Origin: Arthrobacter sp. ZGTC131
GTDB lineage: Bacteria; Actinomycetota; Actinomycetes; Actinomycetales; Micrococcaceae
Length of the DNA stretch: 32,000 bases
NCBI RefSeq assembly: GCF_002929275.1
Contig: NZ_PJIK01000013.1
Location: forward strand, 7,409-39,408
Direction of reading: 5' to 3'
The notes under the pieces are model-generated. The model did not search any database. It worked only from the letters and a program-made list of their open reading frames with translations, and was not told where the DNA came from. Position 1 is the first letter of the stretch. Every line of letters begins with the position of its first letter. Both the position numbers and the translations under genes were made by a program. Positions 9,093-16,951 of this stretch are shown here, piece after piece.

Positions 9093-9762
9093 TGTCCTGC
9101 TCCTTAGCTGATATGGGCTTGGTTGATGATGTTCCGGTCGGTTTAAGCGTGGGGTGAAGGGCGAGGACGAGCCGGTGGTTGCGGCCGCGCGGGCCGCCGC
9201 CCGCCGCGGCGTTCACGGTCCCGGCGCCGCCCGCGGCAGCACCGCCGTCGTGATACTTGTCCACCAGCCTCGTGACGGCGACGCCCAGCTCCTCGGCGAA
9301 AGCGGCACGGTCGGCGGCGGAGCGGAACGTGATCTCGCCGTCGATCGCGAATGTGGCGAGTTTCTGCTTGGCGGCGGCGGCACCGGTGATGAGCTTGCCC
9401 ACCTCCTGGACCGTCCGGCCCGCCAGCGCCAGGAGCCAGAATGCTGAAAACCGGTCCGAGAAGCGGTGCGGATCCGGCGCCACGGAGGCCAGCGCCACCG
9501 GCGAGATCAGGTAGGAAGCGGCCGTTGCCTGCACCACGCGCTCGGTGACGTTTCCCTTGCGGCGCTCCTCAACGAGCTCCACCAGCCCGTGCCGCTCCAG
9601 CGCCTTGAGGTGGTAGTTCACCTTCTGCCGCGGCAGGCCCACCCTGCCGGCGAGCTGCGTGGCCGACCAGGGCTCGGCCAGCTCGTGGAGGATCCGGGTG
9701 CGGATGGGATCCAGGGACGCCTCCGCGGCTGCCGGGTCCTCGATCACTTCGATGTCCAACAT
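9085..9762 (-). CDS. ArsR-family wHTH transcriptional regulator with a C-terminal extension
   Basis: HTH segment: IRTRILHELAEPWSATQLAGRVGLPRQKVNYHLKALERHGLVELV. The ATG at 9762 (MLDIEVIED) is preferred over the TTG at 9798, because that TTG is part of a TTGACA -35 element. Confidence 0.85.
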   Translation of the reverse strand: MLDIEVIEDPAAAEASLDPIRTRILHELAEPWSATQLAGRVGLPRQKVNYHLKALERHGLVELVEERRKGNVTERVVQATAASYLISPVALASVAPDPHRFSDRFSAFWLLALAGRTVQEVGKLITGAAAAKQKLATFAIDGEITFRSAADRAAFAEELGVAVTRLVDKYHDGGAAAGGAGTVNAAAGGGPRGRNHRLVLALHPTLKPTGTSSTKPISAKEQDND

Positions 9763-9819
9763 GCTTCCAGTGTGCCTACCGACAATTTTATTTGTCAAGA
9801 ACTTTTTTGTCGTCGGTAG
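9763..9819 (-). promoter_or_regulatory. arsR promoter/operator in an AT-rich patch
   Basis: Minus strand reads TTGACA (9798-9793), 18 nt, CACACT (9774-9769), 6 nt, then ATG, a leaderless geometry. Plus strand carries GACAA (9781-9785), TTGTC (9792-9796) and TTGTC (9807-9811). An outer imperfect inverted repeat is ctaccgacaa / ttgtcgtcggtag. Confidence 0.3.
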
Positions 9820-9907
9820 CCGTTTAGACGGTTCCCTGCCGGGTTCGACGACGGGCCGCGTCTAGCCCGCAAGGAATCGTCGAAACGGCGGGAGGAGAGG
9901 GCCCCGG

Positions 9908-9913
9908 TAGAAT
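9908..9913 (+). promoter_or_regulatory. -10 hexamer TAGAAT for a leaderless pseudouridine synthase mRNA
   Basis: TAGAAT is followed by 6 nt and then GTG 9920 / ATG 9923. No SD is present. Confidence 0.35.
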
Positions 9914-9919
9914 GGACCG

Positions 9920-10903
9920 GTGATGCAATCCCCCCTCCCCGTGCGCGACGGCGTGAACGCCACCCGCCTGCGCCTCCCGGACGAGGGCCCCTGGACCACC
10001 GCGATGGACTACATGATGCACCGCTGGGGGCACATCGACCCGCAGGGCATCGAGGACCGGTTCGACGCCGGCGAGATCGTGGGCGAGGGCGGCATCCCCC
10101 TGGACCGGCGCACCAGGCTCGAGGACCACACCTTCATCTGGTACTACCGCACGCTCCCGCCGGAGACCCGCCTGCCCGTGGAGCTGAACATCCTGCACCA
10201 GGACGATCACATCCTGGTGGTGGACAAGCCGCACTTCCTGCCCACAACCCCGGGCGGCACGTACATCCAGGAATCGGCGCTGGTGCGGCTCCGGAACCAG
10301 CTGAACCTCCCGGATCTCATACCGATGCACCGGCTGGACCGCATGACCGCCGGCATCCTCCTCCTCTCCACCAACCCGGAAACTCGAGGCAGGTACCAGG
10401 TGCTCTTCGAGAAGCGCCTGGTGCAGAAAGAGTACGAGTGCGTCGCCGCCGCCCGGCCCGCTGCCGGTCACGCCGCCGTCGACTTCCCCGTGGTGGTCCG
10501 CAACCGGATGACCAAGTCCCGCAGCTACCTGCTCGCCGAGGTGATCGACGGCGAGCCCAATGCGGAGACCCGCATCGACCTGATCAGGACGTTCGAGGCC
10601 GGAACTTCCGACGGCGGAGCTTCCGACGGCGGTCCGGCCGCCGCCGCGTCACCCGCTTCGGGTCCGCGCGGGCTGTACCGCCTCGAGCCGCATTCCGGCA
10701 AGACGCACCAGCTCAGGGTGCACATGGCCTCGCTGGGCCTGGGCATCCTGCACGACGCGTTCTACCCGGACCTGCTGGACAAGGCCCCGGACGACTACAC
10801 CAAGCCGCTCCAGCTGCTGGCCCGCGGCATCCGGTTTGTCGACCCCATCACCAAGGAGCCCGTGGAGTACCGCAGCCGGCTTGAGCTGAGCGAAGTCCGC
10901 TGA
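9920..10903 (+). CDS. RluA-family pseudouridine synthase
   Basis: Catalytic motif HRLDRMTAGILLLS and ILHQDDHILVVDKP are present. It also contains an in-frame 15-bp tandem duplication (10604-10633, GTSDGGASDGG). Confidence 0.9.
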   Translation: MMQSPLPVRDGVNATRLRLPDEGPWTTAMDYMMHRWGHIDPQGIEDRFDAGEIVGEGGIPLDRRTRLEDHTFIWYYRTLPPETRLPVELNILHQDDHILVVDKPHFLPTTPGGTYIQESALVRLRNQLNLPDLIPMHRLDRMTAGILLLSTNPETRGRYQVLFEKRLVQKEYECVAAARPAAGHAAVDFPVVVRNRMTKSRSYLLAEVIDGEPNAETRIDLIRTFEAGTSDGGASDGGPAAAASPASGPRGLYRLEPHSGKTHQLRVHMASLGLGILHDAFYPDLLDKAPDDYTKPLQLLARGIRFVDPITKEPVEYRSRLELSEVR

Positions 10904-10916
10904 CACCGGCGGCACC

Positions 10917-10939
10917 GGGGCCGGACTAGCTCCGGCCCC
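10917..10939. terminator. 9-bp GC hairpin between convergent genes, overlapping the macro-domain gene stop codon
   Basis: ggggccgga (10917-10925), loop ctagc, tccggcccc (10931-10939). Confidence 0.4.
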
Positions 10940-11525
10940 CGCCCGTCTCACCGGCGGCGGGGTCATCGGCGGAGTGGCCAGCGGCGGCGGGCTCTGCGGC
11001 ATCGCCGCCAAGGACGTCACGGAAAATGGCGGCCATCTCGGCGCTGAACAGGACGAACTCCGCCACTTCCACCCCGGGTTCCTTTGAGCGGGCGGCATAC
11101 CCGCGGATGGCGTCGAGCGCCACCTGCGCAACCTGGCGGGCGTCCCAGCCGTAAACGCCGGCACCCACCGCGGGGAAGGCGACCGACCGCGCGCCGAGGC
11201 CCTCGGCGATCCGCAGGCTCTCGGTGAAGCAGGATGCCAGCAGCGCGGGGTTGGTCTGGCCGACGTGGCGGTTCGGACCCGCGGTGTGAATCACCCAGGT
11301 TGCCGGCAGCCGGAATCCCGGAGTGGCTACGGCCGCACCGACCGCAAGCCCGTTCTGCAGCTCGCCGGAGCGCAGCAGCCGGCAGGCTTCGAGCAGTTCC
11401 GGCCCCGCCGCCCGGTGGATGGCGCCGTCCACGCCGCCTCCGCCCAAGAGCGACGAATTTGCCGCGTTCACAATCGCATCCACAGGCCGCGCGGTGATGT
11501 CGCCCTGAACAATCTCGATCCTCAT
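10926..11525 (-). CDS. Macro-domain protein (O-acetyl-ADP-ribose deacetylase / YmdB-MacroD-like, 199 aa)
   Basis: MRIEIVQGDITARPVDAIVNAANSSLLGGGGVDGAIHRAAG carries the macro-domain ADP-ribose pocket motifs. The upstream 120 codons of track ORF 10926-11885 are not protein-like. CACACT lies 6 nt before the ATG. Confidence 0.85.
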   Translation of the reverse strand: MRIEIVQGDITARPVDAIVNAANSSLLGGGGVDGAIHRAAGPELLEACRLLRSGELQNGLAVGAAVATPGFRLPATWVIHTAGPNRHVGQTNPALLASCFTESLRIAEGLGARSVAFPAVGAGVYGWDARQVAQVALDAIRGYAARSKEPGVEVAEFVLFSAEMAAIFRDVLGGDAAEPAAAGHSADDPAAGETGGGRS

Positions 11526-11603
11526 GCTGCCAGTGTGGCACCGCAACCCGTCCCGGCGAAGGGCTGAGCACCGTGCCGGCGCCAAGTGCGGTACGTTGTG
11601 CGA

Positions 11604-12233
11604 ATGGACTTCGGCAACGCGGACACCTGGGGGGCCGCGATCTACTTCTGGATCATTCCGGCGGTCCTCGGCGATGCCATTTTTCCGCCCATCCCTTCGG
11701 AAATGGTCCTGATCACCGGCGGGGCACTGTCCGCGGAGGGCCGGGCCAACCTGCTCCTGATCGGCAGCCTGTCCGCCGCGGCCTCGTGGCTCGGCGACGT
11801 CATCGTGTTCCAGCTGTTCAAGCGCCGCCTCAGCCATGTCCTGGACCATTGGGCGTGGGGCCGGAAAGTCCACCGGGGCATCCACGAAGCCATCGCCAAG
11901 GCGGGCCGCTCGTCCACCTACGGGACCATCATCGGGGCCCGGTTCATTCCCGGCGGCCGGCTTGCCACCTCCGCGGCCGCCGGCATCGCCGACGTTTCCA
12001 CCCGGGGCTTCAATCTTTGTGCGGGTCTGGGCGGGGTGCTCTGGGCGACCTGGCTGGTGGGACTCGGCTATTTCACCGGCTCCGCGACCGGGCTGCCGTT
12101 CTGGGCGAGCTCGCTGATCGGCCTGGGCGTGGGTCTGGTGATCGGGGCCCTAGTAGGGGTGATCGCCACGCGCCGGGGCGGGAGCCGGTCGCCCGTGGAC
12201 GAGCCGGACGGCCCCGCCGAACCGCTCCGCTGA
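11604..12233 (+). CDS. DedA/VTT-domain membrane protein
   Basis: Contains FPPIPSEMVLITGGAL and multiple TM segments. The ATG at 11604 is preferred because TACGTT (11592-11597) sits 6 nt upstream, a leaderless geometry. The track start GTG 11586 remains possible. Confidence 0.8.
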   Translation: MDFGNADTWGAAIYFWIIPAVLGDAIFPPIPSEMVLITGGALSAEGRANLLLIGSLSAAASWLGDVIVFQLFKRRLSHVLDHWAWGRKVHRGIHEAIAKAGRSSTYGTIIGARFIPGGRLATSAAAGIADVSTRGFNLCAGLGGVLWATWLVGLGYFTGSATGLPFWASSLIGLGVGLVIGALVGVIATRRGGSRSPVDEPDGPAEPLR

Positions 12234-12234
12234 G

Positions 12235-12257
12235 CCGGCCGCCAACAGGCGGACCGG
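12235..12257. terminator. Weak GC hairpin (9 bp with one bulge) between convergent dedA and the 101-aa gene
   Basis: ccggccgcc (12235-12243), loop aaca, ggcggaccgg (12248-12257). Confidence 0.3.
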
Positions 12258-12275
12258 AAAGTCAGGCAGCAGCGG

Positions 12276-12581
12276 TCAGACCGGCGCCCAGCGGCCACGG
12301 CTGCGGCGGAGCACCGAAAGCGAGCCGGTCACCGCAACGCGTTCGACGGCGTCGCGCATCATCGCTGCCGATTCGCGCGCCTGGCGGTTCTCGCCGCTGT
12401 ATTCCGTGGCCTCCACGAGGAACCGCAGGTTCAGTTGCGGCACGCCGCCCGCGAGTTCCAGCTGGTTGGATTCCACGTGATGGCGGGTGCCCAGGGCCTC
12501 CACCGCAGCCGCCATCACGGCCTCCGGAGGGTTGCCCGGCTTCAGCCCGGTGATCTTGAGTCTGGTCTGGAACGACGGCAT
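12276..12581 (-). CDS. Hypothetical 101-aa protein with a beta-alpha-beta-beta-alpha-beta-like residue pattern, divergent from hypA
   Basis: Only the last 101 codons of track ORF 12276-13187 have normal composition (MPSFQTRLKITGLKPGNPPEAVMAAAVEAL...). AAGGTGGAGG lies immediately upstream of the ATG at 12581. The rest of the ORF is the antisense shadow of hypA. Confidence 0.55.
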   Translation of the reverse strand: MPSFQTRLKITGLKPGNPPEAVMAAAVEALGTRHHVESNQLELAGGVPQLNLRFLVEATEYSGENRQARESAAMMRDAVERVAVTGSLSVLRRSRGRWAPV

Positions 12582-12598
12582 CCTCCACCTTAACGTGT

Positions 12599-12661
12599 GC
12601 GCGAACACGCAGATAACGCCCACGGATCGTGCTTTTGAGGGCATTATCTGCCTGTTCGCGC
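12599..12661. promoter_or_regulatory. 18-bp inverted repeat (17/18) with a 27-bp spacer in the divergent region upstream of hypA
   Basis: gcgcgaacacgcagataa (12599-12616) versus ttatctgcctgttcgcgc (12644-12661). A further GTTCGCGC copy lies at 12686-12693. Confidence 0.5.
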
Positions 12662-12768
12662 CGTTGGGAGGAGCCTTAGATGACCGTTCGCGCGGGGTGC
12701 CGGGAGGGACGCCGGGGGAACTTCGTGGCCTGGTCAGCGAGGGCACATTCCCGCCTGAATTTGGGTGG

Positions 12769-12797
12769 TTGCGCTTTATCGGAGGCGAGCCTATCTT
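12769..12797 (+). promoter_or_regulatory. Candidate promoter for the hyp/hhy operon
   Basis: TTGCGC (12769-12774), 17 nt, TATCTT (12792-12797). The AGGAAGGGG SD and ATG 12817 follow. Confidence 0.25.
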
Positions 12798-12816
12798 GGC
12801 AGGAAGGGGTGCCACC

Positions 12817-13146
12817 ATGCACGAACTCTCCATCACGCAGGGCCTTGTGGACGCCGTTCTGGACCGTACAGGCGAACGGACGGTAACGGCGGTCAACCTC
12901 CGAGTCGGTGCACTCTCCGGCGTATTGCCCGACGCCATGCGCTTTTGCTTCGACGTGGTCTCCGCAGGCACGCCCCTGGCCGGGGCCCGGCTGTGGATCG
13001 ACGAGCCGCAGGGGCTGGCCCGGTGCCGGACCTGCCAGGACGAATTCGAGTTGCCCGACCTGATCCTGCTTTGCCAATGCGGAAGTGCGGACGTCGAAGT
13101 TCTCCGTGGCCGCGAACTCATGCTGATGTCGGTGGAGGTGGCGTAG
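12817..13146 (+). CDS. hypA: Hydrogenase nickel-insertion metallochaperone HypA (109 aa)
   Basis: MHELSI N-terminus (the MHE Ni site) and a zinc site CRTC...CQCG are present. An SD (AGGAAGGGG) lies upstream. The upstream part of track ORF 12487-13146 is not HypA-like. Confidence 0.9.
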   Translation: MHELSITQGLVDAVLDRTGERTVTAVNLRVGALSGVLPDAMRFCFDVVSAGTPLAGARLWIDEPQGLARCRTCQDEFELPDLILLCQCGSADVEVLRGRELMLMSVEVA

Positions 13147-13149
13147 GAG

Positions 13150-14034
13150 ATGTGTACAACGTGCGGTTGCGGTGATGAGTCCGGCACCCGGGTTTCGAGC
13201 CTTGAGGGAACTCACTACATGCCGGAGCATGAGCAGCTGCACGTCCACGCCGTTAACCACAGCCACCAGCACCCGCATGACCACGAGCACCCGCACGACC
13301 ACGGTCCGGGCCATCACCATCAGTCCCCGCAGACGGAAACCATCTCACTGGAACAGAACCTGCTCGCCAAGAATGACCTGCTGGCGGCTCGGAACCGCGG
13401 CTGGCTCGCCGGCCGCGGTGTCCGGGCCTTCAACGTGATGAGTTCGCCCGGTGCCGGCAAGACCACCCTCCTGGTCCGCACCCTGGCGGATCTCGGCGAG
13501 CGCCTCCGCGCCGGCGTCATCGAGGGGGACCAAGAGACATCCCTGGATGCGGACCGCATCCGCGCGGTGGGCCGGCCCGTCATCCAGATCAACACCGGTG
13601 CCGGCTGCCATCTCGACGCCGACATGCTCCGGCGCGGGCTCGACGCCCTGGACCCGGAAACCGGTTCCACAGTCTTTATAGAAAACGTGGGCAACCTCGT
13701 CTGCCCCGCGCTGTTTGACCTTGGCGAAACAGCCAAGGTGGTGGTCGTTTCAGTGACGGAAGGTGATGACAAACCGCAGAAATACCCGCACATGTTCATG
13801 GCAGCCGACCTGGTGATCGTCAACAAGTCGGACCTGCTCCCCTATGTCGATTTCGACGTCGACGAGTGCCTGCGCCGCATCCGGCAGGTCAATCCGCGAG
13901 CCGATTTCGTGACAGTTTCGGCCACAACAGGCGAAGGTCTCGCCGCCTGGTATGACTGGCTCGACGGCATCACTTCCCGCTCAGACACATCCCGGTCAGA
14001 CACCTTGACTGATTCGCTGACAGACGCCCACTGA
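13150..14034 (+). CDS. hypB: Hydrogenase nickel-incorporation GTPase HypB with a His-rich Ni-storage region
   Basis: N-terminal MCTTCGC; His-rich stretch HVHAVNHSHQHPHDHEHPHDHGPGHHHQ; P-loop SSPGAGKTT; NKSD motif. The C-terminal tail has a 15-bp tandem repeat (13975-14004, SRSDTSRSDT). Confidence 0.95.
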   Translation: MCTTCGCGDESGTRVSSLEGTHYMPEHEQLHVHAVNHSHQHPHDHEHPHDHGPGHHHQSPQTETISLEQNLLAKNDLLAARNRGWLAGRGVRAFNVMSSPGAGKTTLLVRTLADLGERLRAGVIEGDQETSLDADRIRAVGRPVIQINTGAGCHLDADMLRRGLDALDPETGSTVFIENVGNLVCPALFDLGETAKVVVVSVTEGDDKPQKYPHMFMAADLVIVNKSDLLPYVDFDVDECLRRIRQVNPRADFVTVSATTGEGLAAWYDWLDGITSRSDTSRSDTLTDSLTDAH

Positions 14035-14065
14035 GCCCCCGCGTGGGCCACCGAAAGAGGCAACA

Positions 14066-15124
14066 ATGCCTACTGAAACATCCCTCAAGGCCGAAGAAGC
14101 CCTCATCCACGTGCTGTGGATTAACGCAGGACTCAGTTGCGACGGCGATTCGGTCGCCCTGACGGCGGCCACGCAGCCCAGCGTCGAGGAGATAGCGCTG
14201 GGCGCGCTGCCCGGCCTGCCCCGGATCGCCATGCACTGGCCCCTGATCGATTTCGAGTGCGGTCCCCAGGAAGGGGCCGACGACTTCCTGGAGTGGTTCC
14301 GCAAGGCGGACCGCGGGGAGCTGGAGCCGTTCGTCCTGGTGGTCGAGGGCTCCATCCCGAACGAAAAACTCCACGAGCCGGGCGGCTACTGGTGCGGGTT
14401 CGGCAACGACCTCGAGACCGGCCAGCCGGTGACCACGAGTGAGTGGCTGGACCGCCTGGCGCCAAAAGCCACCGCGATCATCGCCGCCGGCACCTGCGCA
14501 ACGTACGGCGGCATCCACGCCATGGCGGGAAATCCGACCGGTGCCATGGGCGTCCCGGACTACCTCGGGTATGGCTGGAAGTCCAAGGCGGGCATCCCCA
14601 TTGTGTGCGTCCCCGGGTGCCCCATCCAGCCGGACAACCTCTCCGAAACCATGACCTACCTGCTGTACCAGGCCACCGGCCAGGCCCCGATGATTCCGCT
14701 GGATGACAACCTGCGGCCCACCTGGCTGTTCGGCAAGACCGTCCATGAAGGCTGTGACCGGGCGGGCTACTACGAGCAGGGTGACTTCGCCACGGAGTAC
14801 GGCTCTCCCAAGTGCATCGTCAAGCTCGGCTGCTGGGGCCCCGTGGTCAAGTGCAATGTGCCCAAGCGCGGCTGGATGAACGGCATCGGCGGCTGCCCGA
14901 ACGTCGGAGGCATCTGCATCGGCTGCACCATGCCGGGCTTCCCGGACAAGTTCATGCCCTTCATGGATGAGCCGCCCGGCGGCAAGCTTTCCACGGGCTC
15001 CATCCGCCCCTATGGCTCCGCCATCAGGGCCCTTCGGGGCATCACCACCCACACCCTGGACCAGGAGCCAAAGTGGCGCCGGCCCGGACGCGAGCTCCTT
15101 ACCGGCGCCCAGCGCACCTGGTAA
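14066..15124 (+). CDS. hhyS: [NiFe]-hydrogenase small subunit, group 1h/5 (no Tat signal)
   Basis: It lies immediately upstream of the large subunit. Cys-rich FeS-ligand pattern: LSCDGDS, GTCATYGG, CVPGCP, KCNVP, GGCPNVGGICIGC. The N-terminus lacks an RRxFxK motif. Confidence 0.95.
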   Translation: MPTETSLKAEEALIHVLWINAGLSCDGDSVALTAATQPSVEEIALGALPGLPRIAMHWPLIDFECGPQEGADDFLEWFRKADRGELEPFVLVVEGSIPNEKLHEPGGYWCGFGNDLETGQPVTTSEWLDRLAPKATAIIAAGTCATYGGIHAMAGNPTGAMGVPDYLGYGWKSKAGIPIVCVPGCPIQPDNLSETMTYLLYQATGQAPMIPLDDNLRPTWLFGKTVHEGCDRAGYYEQGDFATEYGSPKCIVKLGCWGPVVKCNVPKRGWMNGIGGCPNVGGICIGCTMPGFPDKFMPFMDEPPGGKLSTGSIRPYGSAIRALRGITTHTLDQEPKWRRPGRELLTGAQRTW

Positions 15125-15152
15125 CCCCCCACTTCCAGACAGGCGAAGCACA

Positions 15153-16946
15153 ATGACCTCCACGATTCCAATGAATTCCGGGAGCGGAACGGGCAACAAC
15201 AACCTGGTGGAGATGAACTGGGACCCCATCACGAGGATCGTCGGCAGCCTCGGCATCTACACCAAGATCGATTTCGAGAACAACCAGGTGGTGGAGTGCA
15301 AGAGCACGTCCTCGATCTTCCGCGGCTATTCCATCTTCATGAAGGGCAAGGACCCGCGGGACGCCCACTTCATCACCAGCCGCATCTGCGGAATCTGCGG
15401 CGACAACCACGCCACCTGCTCCTGCTACACGCAAAACATGGCGTACGGCGTGAAGCCGCCGAACCTGGGCGAGTGGATTGTGAACCTCGGCGAAGCCGCC
15501 GAGTACATGTTCGACCACAACATCTTCCAGGAAAACCTCGTCGGTGTGGACTACTGCGAAAAGATGGTGTCCGAAACCAACCCCGGCGTCCTGGCCAAGG
15601 CGGAAAACACCCGGGCTCCCCATGAAGGCGACCACGGCTACCGCACGATCGCGGACATCATGCGCTCGCTGAACCCGTTCACCGGGGAGTTCTACCGCGA
15701 GGCGCTGCAGGTCAGCCGCCTCACCCGCGAGATGTTCTGCCTGATGGAAGGACGCCACGTCCACCCGTCCACGCTGTACCCGGGCGGCGTGGGTACGGTC
15801 GCCACCATCCAGCTGATGACGGACTACATCACCCGCCTCATGCGGTACGTCGAGTTCATGAAAAAGGTCGTTCCCATGCACGACGACCTGTTCGACTTCT
15901 TCTACGAAGCGCTGCCGGGCTACGAGCAGGTGGGCCTGCGCCGCACGCTGCTGGGCTGCTGGGGGTCGCTCCAGGACCCGGACTACTGCAACTTCGAGTA
16001 CAAGGACATGACCGACTGGGGCCGGAAGATGTTTGTCACGCCGGGCGTCGTGGTGGACGGCAAACTCGTCACCACGGACCTGGTGCGGATCAACTTGGGC
16101 ATCCGGATCATGCTCGGCTCCTCCTATTACGAGGACTGGGAAGACCAGGAAATGTTCGTCACCCACGATCCGCTGGGCAATCCCGTGGACCGCCGCCATC
16201 CCTGGAACCAGCACACCAACCCCAGGCCGCAGAAGCGGGACCTCTCGGAGAAGTACAGCTGGGTCATGTCCCCCCGCTGGTTCGATGGCCAGGACAACCT
16301 TGCGCTGGACACCGGCGGCGGCCCGCTGGCCCGGCTCTGGGCCACGGCGCTCGCCGGCCTCGTGGACATCGGCTACATCAAGGCCACGGGGAGGAGCGTC
16401 CAGATCAACCTGCCCAAGACGGCGCTGAAGGGACCGGTGTCCTTCGAGTGGAACATCCCGCAGTGGAGCAACACCCTGGAGCGGAACCGGGCCCGCACGT
16501 ACTTCCAGGCCTACGCGGCCGCGGCGGCGCTGCACTTCGCGGAAAAGGCACTGGAGGAGATTCGCGCCGGCCGCACCAAGACCTGGGAAACCTTCGAGGT
16601 TCCCGAGGAGGGCATCGGTTGCGGGTTCACGGAAGCCGTGCGGGGCGTGCTGTCCCACCACATGGTGATCCGCGACGGCAAGATCGCCAACTACCACCCC
16701 TACCCGCCCACCCCGTGGAACGCCAGCCCGACGGACTCCGCCGGCGTTGCCGGACCGTACGAGGACGCCGTGCAGGGGCAGCCGATTTTTGAGGAGAATG
16801 ACCGCGAGCACTTCAAAGGCATCGACATCATGCGCACCGTCCGCAGCTTTGACCCTTGCCTCCCCTGCGGTGTTCACATGTATCTGGGCAACGGCCAGAC
16901 GCTGGAGAAGCTGCACTCCCCGACCCAGACGCTGACCGGCGAGTAA
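15153..16946 (+). CDS. hhyL: [NiFe]-hydrogenase large subunit, group 1h/5 (597 aa)
   Basis: L1 motif TSRICGICGDNH and L2 motif SFDPCLPCGVH. The start is set at MTSTIPMNSG, because the upstream 62 codons of the track ORF overlap hhyS in another frame. Confidence 0.95.
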   Translation: MTSTIPMNSGSGTGNNNLVEMNWDPITRIVGSLGIYTKIDFENNQVVECKSTSSIFRGYSIFMKGKDPRDAHFITSRICGICGDNHATCSCYTQNMAYGVKPPNLGEWIVNLGEAAEYMFDHNIFQENLVGVDYCEKMVSETNPGVLAKAENTRAPHEGDHGYRTIADIMRSLNPFTGEFYREALQVSRLTREMFCLMEGRHVHPSTLYPGGVGTVATIQLMTDYITRLMRYVEFMKKVVPMHDDLFDFFYEALPGYEQVGLRRTLLGCWGSLQDPDYCNFEYKDMTDWGRKMFVTPGVVVDGKLVTTDLVRINLGIRIMLGSSYYEDWEDQEMFVTHDPLGNPVDRRHPWNQHTNPRPQKRDLSEKYSWVMSPRWFDGQDNLALDTGGGPLARLWATALAGLVDIGYIKATGRSVQINLPKTALKGPVSFEWNIPQWSNTLERNRARTYFQAYAAAAALHFAEKALEEIRAGRTKTWETFEVPEEGIGCGFTEAVRGVLSHHMVIRDGKIANYHPYPPTPWNASPTDSAGVAGPYEDAVQGQPIFEENDREHFKGIDIMRTVRSFDPCLPCGVHMYLGNGQTLEKLHSPTQTLTGE

Positions 16947-16951
16947 CAGCA

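Noticed and set aside
12234-12275. Possible left-boundary copy of the 26.1-kb repeat core (ccggaaagtcaggcagcagcg versus ccggaagtgggagagcg)
   Set aside because: The similarity is limited to ccggaa-gt and needs several indels, so it is too weak to claim as a matching island boundary.
12680-12886. 68-aa ORF with a good SD (GGGAGGAG, 7-nt spacing) upstream of and overlapping hypA
   Set aside because: It is out of frame with hypA. GC3 bias decays after about 18 codons, and the product (MTVRAGCREGRRGNF...) is not protein-like. A short regulatory uORF cannot be excluded, but the frame has no stop until well inside hypA.
14066-14160. Tat signal peptide on the hydrogenase small subunit (which would imply a periplasmic group 1 enzyme)
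   Set aside because: The N-terminus MPTETSLKAEEALIHVLWINAG has no twin-arginine motif or hydrophobic h-region, consistent with a cytosolic group 1h enzyme.
13970-15256. 428-aa ORF antisense to hhyS
   Set aside because: It is an antisense shadow of the small-subunit gene with no motifs.
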